A stretch of DNA of 64,000 nt from positions 3,104,001 through 3,168,000 of the forward strand of contig OZ240248.1 of NCBI GenBank assembly GCA_965198235.1, given 5' to 3'. Each line of letters begins with the position of its first letter. Within the stretch, counting starts at the first letter, position 1. Shown here piece after piece: positions 48,761 to 57,615 of this stretch. The position numbers were made by a program, and so were the translations under genes. The notes beneath the pieces are model-generated. The model ran no database searches. It was not told the origin of the DNA and was given only the letters and a program-made list of their open reading frames with translations. This stretch comes from Candidatus Poribacteria bacterium. Its GTDB lineage: Bacteria > Poribacteria > WGA-4E > WGA-3G.

Positions 48761-50203
48761 ATGCCCAGATTTAATAGTTTAAAAAAGTCGTTAGAAGAAT
48801 CGCGTGTCCTCCTGCTCCTTCCGACACGGACTTACCGAGCGACGGATTTCCTTGAAGCAGCCCTGAAGTTGAACGTAGAAGTAATTGTTGCATCGGAGGA
48901 AGCGGCGACGACAGCAGACCTATCGCCGCGACATACACTCGTGCTCGACTTCAGCGCGCCAACTGCCGCAACACAGACAATTGTTGAATTTGCCGAAACT
49001 TATCCGATCGCAGCAATAGTTGGTGTTGATGATGATACAACGCTGCTCGCAACGGCTGCGTCAGAGGCGTTAGGGCTCCCGCACAACCCGGTTAATTCCG
49101 CAAAAGCGACACGCAACAAGTATCTCTTGCGGCACACATTGGCGACAAACGGAGTGTCGGTGCCTGCCTATCAACGCGTTTCCATTGAAGACGATCCTGC
49201 CGAGATAGCCGCAAAACTTTCGGAAGCACGCCATCACGATGATAGTGATCGCGGGACTTCCGAAGGTACAGATACGCTTCCCCCACAACATCTACTTTCG
49301 CAAAAGCAAAGCACTTCACCAGATACCACTGTGGGAGGGGTTTGTAACCCCGATTTCTGTAGTGGAAGGGTGCCCAGACCTAATAAATTAAAAATCAGTT
49401 TTCCATGTATTATCAAGCCGTTGTCCCTCTCCGCCAGCCGCGGGGTCATCAGGGCAGACACACCTGCCGAATTCATCGAAGCCTTCCAGCGGACAACGAA
49501 ACTCCTGCATGCCTTACAAGAATCCACGGATCCTCCCGCACAATATCTACTCGTTGAGGACTATATTCCGGGCATAGAAGTGGCATTGGAGGGTATCCTG
49601 TTAGACGGTGAGTTGAAGACACTCGCGCTTTTCGATAAACCCGATCCACTGGAAGGTCCCTTTTTTGAAGAGACCCTCTATGTTACACCTTCCCGTCTGT
49701 CGATGAAGGTTCAAGGGGCATTGCATCGGGCAACTGCGGAGGCTGCTGACGCTTTAGGGTTAAGACATGGACCGATCCATGCCGAACTGCGCTATAATGA
49801 TAAAGGTGCGCACCTTATTGAGATCGCTGCTCGGACGATTGGTGGACTCTGTGCCAGGACACTGCGGTTCGGAACAGGGATGTCGCTTGAGGAACTCGTT
49901 ATTCGACATGCGATCGGGCAGCAGGTGGAAGAATTACAGCGTGAACAGCAGGCAGCAGGTGTAATGATGATCCCTGTACCGAAGGCGGGTATCTTGGGCG
50001 AGGTGCGTGGTAAAACGGCGGCGCATTGTGTAGACGGAATCGTGGAGGTCAACATCACAATCCCTATTGGTGGGGAGGTTGTTCCACTGCCGGAGGGCGC
50101 GCGGTATCTCGGTTTCATTTTCGCTCGTGCTGAAACACCGGAGGCGGTGGAATCGGCATTGCGTGAAGCGCATCGACAATTGGAATTTGTAATTTTAGCG
50201 TAG
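48761..50203 (+). CDS. ATP-grasp domain protein
   Basis: RNKY, FPCIIKPLSLSASRGV, VEDYIPG.E, HAELR and IEIAAR motifs; about 50-aa insertion before FPC. Confidence 0.88.
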   Translation: MPRFNSLKKSLEESRVLLLLPTRTYRATDFLEAALKLNVEVIVASEEAATTADLSPRHTLVLDFSAPTAATQTIVEFAETYPIAAIVGVDDDTTLLATAASEALGLPHNPVNSAKATRNKYLLRHTLATNGVSVPAYQRVSIEDDPAEIAAKLSEARHHDDSDRGTSEGTDTLPPQHLLSQKQSTSPDTTVGGVCNPDFCSGRVPRPNKLKISFPCIIKPLSLSASRGVIRADTPAEFIEAFQRTTKLLHALQESTDPPAQYLLVEDYIPGIEVALEGILLDGELKTLALFDKPDPLEGPFFEETLYVTPSRLSMKVQGALHRATAEAADALGLRHGPIHAELRYNDKGAHLIEIAARTIGGLCARTLRFGTGMSLEELVIRHAIGQQVEELQREQQAAGVMMIPVPKAGILGEVRGKTAAHCVDGIVEVNITIPIGGEVVPLPEGARYLGFIFARAETPEAVESALREAHRQLEFVILA

Positions 50204-50358
50204 GAGAGGGTTGTTTATCGTATTTTTCGCTGGCGAGGTTTCCTTGAGGAAATCCCCAAGCAAAACCCCTATCAAAAACACCTCGCCACCTCCAATCCGG
50301 TAGATGCGGTTTCTAACCGCACCGAAATTATAGGCTTTACAATATTTGGCATAATGCT

Positions 50359-52056
50359 ATGTTTACTAAGCCATACGCTATAACACTCATCCTCATTACA
50401 CTATGTTTATGGACAGTGCAGGCGGAAACAGATAAACCCTTTTTTACGGAAGTGACCGCTGTGCTCGGTTTCACACAGACAGATACGCCTTGGCAGGCAG
50501 GGACGTACGCCCTACCGGAAGTAATCGGGAGTGGGGTTGCACTGTTCGATTACGATAACGATGACGCACTTGATGTCCTGCATGTCCGATTTCCGCCACC
50601 CGGAGAAGCGGATGCTCCCGCACCGAATCGGCTTTTTCGGCAACAATCTGATGGAACGTTTCTTGACGTTACGGAAACCGCTGGCATCGGACATGAAGGC
50701 TACGGACAAGGTGTCGCAATCGGGGATGTGGACAATGATGGGGATGCGGATGTCTATGTAACGAACTATGGTGCTGATGTGTTCTACCGTAACAACGGCG
50801 ATGGGACGTTTGCATTACAAGAGGCGGGACTCTCAAACGAAGCGTGGGGGACATCTGCGACCTTTGGCGATTATGACAGGGACGGATACCTCGATCTCTA
50901 TGTAGCGACCTACGTTCAGTTCGATCCAGAAGCGGTGTGTCGAGGGAAACATGGTGCCCCGGATTATTGCAATCCGCAGGTTTTTGAACCCGTAGCGGAT
51001 CGGTTGTTCCGAAACAACGGCGACGGCACTTTCACAGATGTAACGCAACAGGCGGGAATCGCTGCAATGCCCGGCAGAGGTCTCGGTGTTGTGTGTCTTG
51101 ATTTGACAGGCGATGGTTGGGCGGATTTTTATGTCGCGAACGACGGGGAAGCGAACCAACTCTGGGTAAATCAGACGGATGGCACTTTTGTTGAGGAAGC
51201 CATATTGCACGGGGTGGCGTTTAACGCCTATGGACAACCTGAGGGGAGTATGGGCATCGCTGTCGGTGATGTCAACGGTGATACGCGTCCAGACCTGTTT
51301 GTGACACACTTGTCAGGTGAAACAAATACGCTTTATGTCGCTTCTACCTACGCTGTATGCGTTGATACGACTGAAATGGCGGGATTCGCCGGACGCGATC
51401 TACCCTTTACAGGGTTTGGGTGCGGTTTCGTGGATTTCGATAATGATGCCGATCTGGACATTGCACTCGTCAACGGTCGGGTGAAGCGCGGTGCTGTTCT
51501 TGAGGGTGCGAACACCGGTGAGTTTTGGAACTTCTATGCTGAACCGAATCTTCTCTTTCAAAATTCTCGGGCACGACTTGTAGGGAAAACCGGTCTTGTG
51601 CCTGCCCAGAGTATTGCTTTCACCGATGTGAGTTCGCGCGCGCTCGATTTCACGGGACGGGTTGAAGTGAGCCGCGGAATGGCTTTCGGTGATGTCGATA
51701 GAGATGGCGATGTTGATATGATAGTGAGCGGTCTCGACAATCGGCTCCGCTTTTTCCGAAACGATGCCCCCTCACCACAACATCATTGGCTTTCTGTTCA
51801 GGCGATCACCCAACATCGCGATGCGCTTGGTGCGCAAGTGACGCTTCGGACCGCATCGCAGACATTGACGGGTTACGTGTTATCGGGGACCGGTTATCTC
51901 AGCAGCAGTGAACCGAATGTACATTTCGGATTAGGGACAATCGATACAATTCAGGCGATTGAGGTCTACTGGCAAGATGGAACTCGTGAAAAGTTTCCTG
52001 GCACAACAACCAATCAACGCGTGACGGTTTATCAAGGGAAGGGGGTGTCTTTTTGA
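50359..52056 (+). CDS. CRTAC1-family secreted protein (FG-GAP repeats plus ASPIC/UnbV)
   Basis: Signal peptide; repeated DxDxDGxxD motifs; GYLSSS..VHFGLG. Confidence 0.92.
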   Translation: MFTKPYAITLILITLCLWTVQAETDKPFFTEVTAVLGFTQTDTPWQAGTYALPEVIGSGVALFDYDNDDALDVLHVRFPPPGEADAPAPNRLFRQQSDGTFLDVTETAGIGHEGYGQGVAIGDVDNDGDADVYVTNYGADVFYRNNGDGTFALQEAGLSNEAWGTSATFGDYDRDGYLDLYVATYVQFDPEAVCRGKHGAPDYCNPQVFEPVADRLFRNNGDGTFTDVTQQAGIAAMPGRGLGVVCLDLTGDGWADFYVANDGEANQLWVNQTDGTFVEEAILHGVAFNAYGQPEGSMGIAVGDVNGDTRPDLFVTHLSGETNTLYVASTYAVCVDTTEMAGFAGRDLPFTGFGCGFVDFDNDADLDIALVNGRVKRGAVLEGANTGEFWNFYAEPNLLFQNSRARLVGKTGLVPAQSIAFTDVSSRALDFTGRVEVSRGMAFGDVDRDGDVDMIVSGLDNRLRFFRNDAPSPQHHWLSVQAITQHRDALGAQVTLRTASQTLTGYVLSGTGYLSSSEPNVHFGLGTIDTIQAIEVYWQDGTREKFPGTTTNQRVTVYQGKGVSF

Positions 52057-53648
52057 AGAAATTATCCTCTTATATCATTGGTTTTTTTCTTCTCATACTG
52101 TTCAGTGTCCGTATTTTTGCTGGTGGCGACATTGATATTCCCGAACCTGCTGATCTTGACTTGGTTGAGGAAAAATTGCTTTTGAAGGCTATTGAAACTG
52201 CGCAGGACAAGGTCCGGCGTTCGCCTGACAATGCCGATGTTTGGGGACAATTGGGGCATGTCTACCTCAGCCACGGGTGGGAGATTCCAGCGATACCGTG
52301 TTATCACCGGGCAAGTCAACTTGCTCCAAAGGAATTCCGGTGGTACTACTTACTCGGAAGACTAAACGAGCAGCACCAGCCTGAGGCAGCTGTTGAACAT
52401 CTCACCCGCGCGCTCGCTTTGCACCCAACATACGTGCCTGCGCATCTTTATCTCGCTTCCGCACTCCGCATTTTAGGACGGCTTGATGAAGCCCGGCACC
52501 ATCTGGAGCGAGCGAGGCAACTCCAATCTGATAATCCGTTTTCTGAACTTTGGCTCGGTGAAATCGCGCTGACGAAACAGCAGGTGAAACTCGCTCGGAC
52601 GCATTTAGAGAAAGCACTCCGCTTGAACCCAGGACAAAGTGAAGCGCACGCACTGATGGCGCAAGTCGCTGTTGTCCTCGGGGATAAGCCAACGGCAAAA
52701 CAGCACGCGGAAGCATCGCGCCATCCGAGCGAATACGGTGAGTTACCGGATCCCGTCTGGTTGGAAGTCTTGGAAGCCGGTGTTACTGCTTCGCTGTATG
52801 CAGAACGCGGTAGGCGTTATATGTCAGCCGGAGACTATGTCCGTGCTATTGCTGAATTTGAGCCGCTTATCTCAGACGCACAGAAAGATATAAAGGTCTG
52901 GTTCGACTATGGCGTTTCACTCCTCTATACGACACGGCACAACGAAGCCTTAGCAGTATTAGAACACCTCCTGTCGCTACTCGACAAGGATATTGAGGTG
53001 CAGAAGAAGAGAAGTGCGGAGGAGATAGCCTACTTGAAAGCGCAGGCACATAACTATATAGGACAGATCTATTATGAAACCGGACAGACTGCTGCAGCGA
53101 TCCGTGCCTGCCGAACGGCACTTCAGTTTAAAAAAAATAAAACAGATAGCGAATCTCAGGGACAGTTGAACCCTTCGAATTACGACACTTTTTTCTCAAA
53201 TGTACACGCGGATCTTGCGACAATGTATGAAAACACAGGGCAGCTTGGAGAGGCAATTCGGCACTATCAGGAGGCACTTGAACTCGCGCCATCTCAACTG
53301 TCCGTGCATCGCGATCTTGCTGGTGCCTATTGGAAAAAATGGCGTTATACGGCAGCCGAGCCACACTACAAACAGGTCATCACCCACGACGCAACGGATG
53401 TCCAAGCCGTTTATAGACTCGGTTTAATTTCTCTGATGAAGGAGGACTATCTCCAAGCCGTCTCACTGTTTCAGAAGGTTATCGCAATTGAGGCGACGCA
53501 CGTTCGCGCATACGGCGTATTAGGTGTTGCTTATCAGGAACTTGGAAATATCCCAGAGGCGATTGGTATCTTTGAACGGGTTTTAGAATTAGAACCGGGG
53601 AATAAGGTTGCGTTAGACAAACTCAGGGAACTGCATGAATCAAAGTAG
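52053..53648 (+). CDS. Tetratricopeptide repeat protein
   Basis: Multiple TPR-like repeats; N-terminal signal; overlaps the CRTAC1 stop by 4 nt. Confidence 0.9.
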   Translation: MKKLSSYIIGFFLLILFSVRIFAGGDIDIPEPADLDLVEEKLLLKAIETAQDKVRRSPDNADVWGQLGHVYLSHGWEIPAIPCYHRASQLAPKEFRWYYLLGRLNEQHQPEAAVEHLTRALALHPTYVPAHLYLASALRILGRLDEARHHLERARQLQSDNPFSELWLGEIALTKQQVKLARTHLEKALRLNPGQSEAHALMAQVAVVLGDKPTAKQHAEASRHPSEYGELPDPVWLEVLEAGVTASLYAERGRRYMSAGDYVRAIAEFEPLISDAQKDIKVWFDYGVSLLYTTRHNEALAVLEHLLSLLDKDIEVQKKRSAEEIAYLKAQAHNYIGQIYYETGQTAAAIRACRTALQFKKNKTDSESQGQLNPSNYDTFFSNVHADLATMYENTGQLGEAIRHYQEALELAPSQLSVHRDLAGAYWKKWRYTAAEPHYKQVITHDATDVQAVYRLGLISLMKEDYLQAVSLFQKVIAIEATHVRAYGVLGVAYQELGNIPEAIGIFERVLELEPGNKVALDKLRELHESK

Positions 53649-53698
53649 AGGTGCCGGTATGTGTGAGGCGTGGGAACGTCAACGGGAAGGTTACTCAT

Positions 53699-53919
53699 CA
53701 AAATCTTCAGGTTGGAAACCCCTGAATTCATTCAGGCGAGGAAACCCCGCCTCCTTTGTTAATAATAAGTGCAGGCTGTATTTTACCTCGCGCCTGCAAC
53801 GAGTACCCACTATTAATATCGCCGTGGGGAGGCGACCTGTAGTCAGCGGTTTAACTTGTGGAGTGGACGTTTGGCGGACGCTTCGCACAAGCCCCCGAAT
53901 TTATTCGGGGGTTACTGAC
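53699..53919 (-). mobile_element. Non-coding mini IS200/IS605 derivative resembling an orphan IscB-type omega-RNA/HEARO
   Basis: Minus strand starts GTCAGTAACCCCCGAATAAATTCGGGGGCTTG...CAAG..GCTGAC and ends TTTCCTCGCCTGAATGAATTCAGGGGTTTCC...TTTTG, followed by ATGA. Related hairpins at both ends; no credible coding sequence. Confidence 0.65.
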
Positions 53920-53979
53920 AGACGCACTGTGGAATTTACCATAACCCAGTACGTCTACGAGCGTCGAAAAAAGGAGCGG

Positions 53980-54750
53980 TTATTGGTTGATATGATGCGT
54001 TGCTTTAATATGCCCCCAGGTTGTACCGAGTTTACCTTCGGGATCGACTGCCAAGTATTGCTGAAATCCCTCCATCAGCACCTCAATGTCTTCTTGTTCC
54101 AGTGCCGAGTGGAAGATAGCGACTTCATCCATCGCTCCCGGAAAGAAGTTGCCGTTTGGATCCCAGACGCCGCATCCACCGATATTGACGTTAAAGGCAG
54201 ACGTGCCATGATTTGCCCAACCACCTTTTTTCTCGACGTATTCACCATCAATATAGGTATGGACGTATTCCGTCGTAGCGACACAACCCACGTGATGCCA
54301 TTTACCATCATCGTGTTTGAATTCCCAAGGCTTCTGTGTGCCACCAGCGGTAGGTGTCCAGAGGTTGACCGCTTGGGGAGTGATGAACCCGAATTCAGGG
54401 GAGTCGTTCTGTCCGACGAGTCCCGTACGGTTGGCGTTGACATCACCGGTTTGCACCCAAGTAATAATGGTGAACTCTTCGAGATTGTCAAGAAGTTTCT
54501 GACCTGTTTTGACGCAGCTGGCTTTTCCATCAAATCTAAGTGCCGTGCCGAACTTGCCCTTTACCCATTCAGGAGATTTCTCTAAGTCGGCGTCGTTTCC
54601 TTCAGGAGAAAGGTCTGTAGCGACAGCCCCTTTGCCCTCATCGAATAACCATATACCGACTGCTGTTTCGAGGTCGATCTCGGCGGTGCTAACATGAACA
54701 GCAATGAGGCTGAAACACACCACACCGAGTGTTAATAACACTTTTTTCAT
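53980..54750 (-). CDS. Secreted LamG-like jellyroll domain protein
   Basis: Signal peptide; GIWLFDEG, GKFGTALRFDG, WHHV and GAMDEVAIF motifs; C-terminal LAVDPEGKLGTTWG. Confidence 0.9.
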   Translation of the reverse strand: MKKVLLTLGVVCFSLIAVHVSTAEIDLETAVGIWLFDEGKGAVATDLSPEGNDADLEKSPEWVKGKFGTALRFDGKASCVKTGQKLLDNLEEFTIITWVQTGDVNANRTGLVGQNDSPEFGFITPQAVNLWTPTAGGTQKPWEFKHDDGKWHHVGCVATTEYVHTYIDGEYVEKKGGWANHGTSAFNVNIGGCGVWDPNGNFFPGAMDEVAIFHSALEQEDIEVLMEGFQQYLAVDPEGKLGTTWGHIKATHHINQ

Positions 54751-54976
54751 GATGTCTCCTTCCAATGTTACCGATCGCGTGCTTGGAACGCGCGCCTACG
54801 GGGTTGAGATTCATATTCTACCTCCAATTATAATAGCGTATATAACACAAAATTGCAAGAAAAACCTGATTCAGTAAAGCCCTCTGTGTTTGTGCACATT
54901 GTGACTTCTCTAAATCAGGTTTAAGAATGTTATCTGAGAATTTCCTGCTACTACAGGGTAAGGAGATTCTCAACGT

Positions 54977-55753
54977 CTAATAACTATCTTTCAGGTGTCC
55001 CCAGATTGTGGGTAGTTTGTTAGCGGGTTCAACGGCGAGTGCTTGGGCATTGAGGAGTTTGGCATCACCAATCGCAGAATGGTCGCAACCGATTCCGTCG
55101 CTGCCATCACCCATGATGATTTCAAGTTCTTTCGCGTTGGCAGGAAGGTCAATTTCCACTTTGACGGCTTCAACCTGTTTTCCGCCATCGGTGCCTTGAA
55201 GTGTATCGGATTTGAAAACCTGTTTTCCGTCAACACTGAAAATGAAATCGCTGCTGCCGCCGTGGTTACATTCTGCTGGGTCTTTCTCGTCTGCCATGCC
55301 GACGTAGCCTTCAAATTTGAGGTAATCATCTCCACTTAGATCGTAGACGATGGTTGCAATTGCATGCGAGCCGATGCCACGTTCAAAGTAGATACCACCG
55401 ATGACGATTTCGTTGCGGGTGCCGCCCCCTTCGCCGATAGTCGCATTGTCTACATCAAGGGGACCACCCCAACCCGTCCATTCAGCTTCAGGGTTTTTGG
55501 GATTAAGCCCGCACTTATTCGGTTTAGGTTGGTTACCGCCAATGAAGGCGAGGTAGGTAACACCCTTGCGGTCATCTTCTTCGACGACCTCGTCGTAGTC
55601 GTTCTGCTTACCAGCATCTTCCTTACCAACCTCTTTAATAGGTTTCGCGCCGTCGCCATCTATGTTTTCACAGTCGGCTTTACCAGCATAGGCACTGAAG
55701 GCAAATCCAACGGTAAGCATGAGGATGCGCGCGCATACGTTAAGAGCTTTCAC
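54977..55753 (-). CDS. Secreted NPCBM/NEW2 carbohydrate-binding domain protein
   Basis: GWG, FERGIGSHA, FEGYVG and DGIGCDH motifs; GTG start after GGAGG; C-terminal LAVEPANKLPTIWG. Confidence 0.85.
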   Translation of the reverse strand: MKALNVCARILMLTVGFAFSAYAGKADCENIDGDGAKPIKEVGKEDAGKQNDYDEVVEEDDRKGVTYLAFIGGNQPKPNKCGLNPKNPEAEWTGWGGPLDVDNATIGEGGGTRNEIVIGGIYFERGIGSHAIATIVYDLSGDDYLKFEGYVGMADEKDPAECNHGGSSDFIFSVDGKQVFKSDTLQGTDGGKQVEAVKVEIDLPANAKELEIIMGDGSDGIGCDHSAIGDAKLLNAQALAVEPANKLPTIWGHLKDSY

Positions 55754-55865
55754 TTGTTTTGACCTCCATCTGTTTTTCGTGTTTTTTGCACAAGTGTTCT
55801 CGAACGAGATTTTTGGTAATTAATTGTACCTACTAAATAAAAAAACGCCTCTTGATGTGTGTCAG

Positions 55866-56330
55866 TTATACCGCCGAAGGGTGCAGGATCGCTTCGTCGA
55901 TTCGATGATATTTATAGCGTTCATCGGGTGCAAACACGATCTCCAATTCACGCTGCGCACTCATCGCAGAGTCGGAAGCGTGCACAATGTTATGTGTGAT
56001 ATTGATTGAGAAATCGCCTCGGATACTTCCGGGTTGTGATTTCTTTGGGTCGGTTTCCCCATTAATAATGCGGACTAATTCTATTGCGCCCCGTCCCTCA
56101 ATGGCTAAAGCGACGATAGGTGCTGAGGTTATGAATTCGATAAGTACATCGTAAAAAGATTTGCCTTGATGGACAGCGTAGAGTTCCTCTGCTGTGTTGC
56201 GTGGGAGCTGCAACAATTTCATTCCAACGATTTTGAGTCCTTTGCGTTCATAGCGAGCAATGACTTCACCGATAAGCCCACGTTGAACACCGTCCGGTTT
56301 GATGAGAACCAGCGTCTGTTCTGTTTCCAT
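55866..56330 (-). CDS. ndk: Nucleoside diphosphate kinase
   Basis: IKPDGVQR, PGSIRGDF and NIVHASDS motifs. Confidence 0.97.
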   Translation of the reverse strand: METEQTLVLIKPDGVQRGLIGEVIARYERKGLKIVGMKLLQLPRNTAEELYAVHQGKSFYDVLIEFITSAPIVALAIEGRGAIELVRIINGETDPKKSQPGSIRGDFSINITHNIVHASDSAMSAQRELEIVFAPDERYKYHRIDEAILHPSAV

Positions 56331-56492
56331 AGTCCCTCCATTTTAACCTTGGCACGTGCTAACACAGCACGCCCATATTAACGCTCTGGGATACAAGCAT
56401 TCGGGCTTGACATCAAGCCACTTTAAGTATACCATATTTTTCACGGTGTTTTCCAATTTTATTTTACCGAAATCGATCCAGTAGAGGTAGTT

Positions 56493-57470
56493 ATGTACGA
56501 TAAACTCGGAGAGGTAGGACTCAAGACAAAAGAACGGATGGAAGTCGGTGTGATTACTGCGCCGGATATGCTCCATGCCGAAGAGATGAAGCAGTTCCTT
56601 GGACATAAGCCGGGCAACTATAAGTGGCATATTGAACGGTGTGTTACAGAAGTGCTTGATGCGTTAGAAACCCGTTTCTATGTCGGTAAACTTGACGGAG
56701 ATGTGATTACCAACATCATGACGGTCGAGTACGAAGGAGTCGGTATTTTAGGGCACGTTTTTACGCTCCCGCAACAGCGGAGGAAGGGTGCGTGTAAAGG
56801 CGTGATGGCGTATCAGATGGAAGATTTCCGGCAGCGGGCAGGCGGCGCGCTCTATCTCGGTACAGGCTACAATAGCCCGCCGTATTACATCTATCATAGT
56901 TTCGGATTTGAAAGTGTGTTTCCAGAATCCGGTTTTATGAAGTATTATGTAAATGGAGACTTCGAAGAACGCTACTTCGCACCTACGTCCGCACATCCGA
57001 AACCTGTGGAATGGCACGATTGGCCGAAAGTCACGGTGTTGTCAGGCATTGTTGGGTGGGACACGCTGCGGAGTCTTAAATGGGCAGTTTACGGTCCCAT
57101 GAACCTTGAAGGTGGTTTTCTCAGTTTCAAACACGATTTGGAAGCCGAAGATACCTATGCTGATGCGAAGTTGCTGATTTCGTCGGGTGGTGCGATCGTC
57201 GGATGGGCGACTGTCGGTCGCGATGCGCGCTGGCGACCGGCGACTGCGGTGTTGGATCTCTTCTTTCATCCGAATTTTGCAGACGATGTTCCTGCGTTGC
57301 TTTCAGCGGTAACGTTCCCTAATGTGAAGGTTCAGTGTTATGTTGACAGCGGTGCTGAGAAGAAGGCGGAGATTTTGGAAACTGCCGGATTTACCTGCGA
57401 AGGACGGTTTAAAAATCAGTTTGCGTATCAAGGGCAGAATTATGACGTTTTGGTATTTGCACGGGAATAA
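56493..57470 (+). CDS. GNAT family N-acetyltransferase (two GNAT-like domains)
   Basis: VFTLPQQRRKG acetyl-CoA motif, YHSFGF, and C-terminal LETAGFTCEGRF. Confidence 0.8.
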   Translation: MYDKLGEVGLKTKERMEVGVITAPDMLHAEEMKQFLGHKPGNYKWHIERCVTEVLDALETRFYVGKLDGDVITNIMTVEYEGVGILGHVFTLPQQRRKGACKGVMAYQMEDFRQRAGGALYLGTGYNSPPYYIYHSFGFESVFPESGFMKYYVNGDFEERYFAPTSAHPKPVEWHDWPKVTVLSGIVGWDTLRSLKWAVYGPMNLEGGFLSFKHDLEAEDTYADAKLLISSGGAIVGWATVGRDARWRPATAVLDLFFHPNFADDVPALLSAVTFPNVKVQCYVDSGAEKKAEILETAGFTCEGRFKNQFAYQGQNYDVLVFARE

Positions 57471-57615
57471 CAGTGGAAATGTGCTTGTGTACTTGTACAT
57501 TTTAAGTTGATAAATTTTTAACATCTGTGGTATGATAAAATCAGAGTTGAGATTGTGCAATGCTGCTTACCGAGCAACCTCGTACCATCCTCCCTGCTAC
57601 ACGGAATAAATAGCC

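Noticed and set aside
53635-54585. 316-aa plus-strand ORF
   Set aside because: It spans the non-coding mini-element and the antisense of the LamG gene, with no protein motifs.
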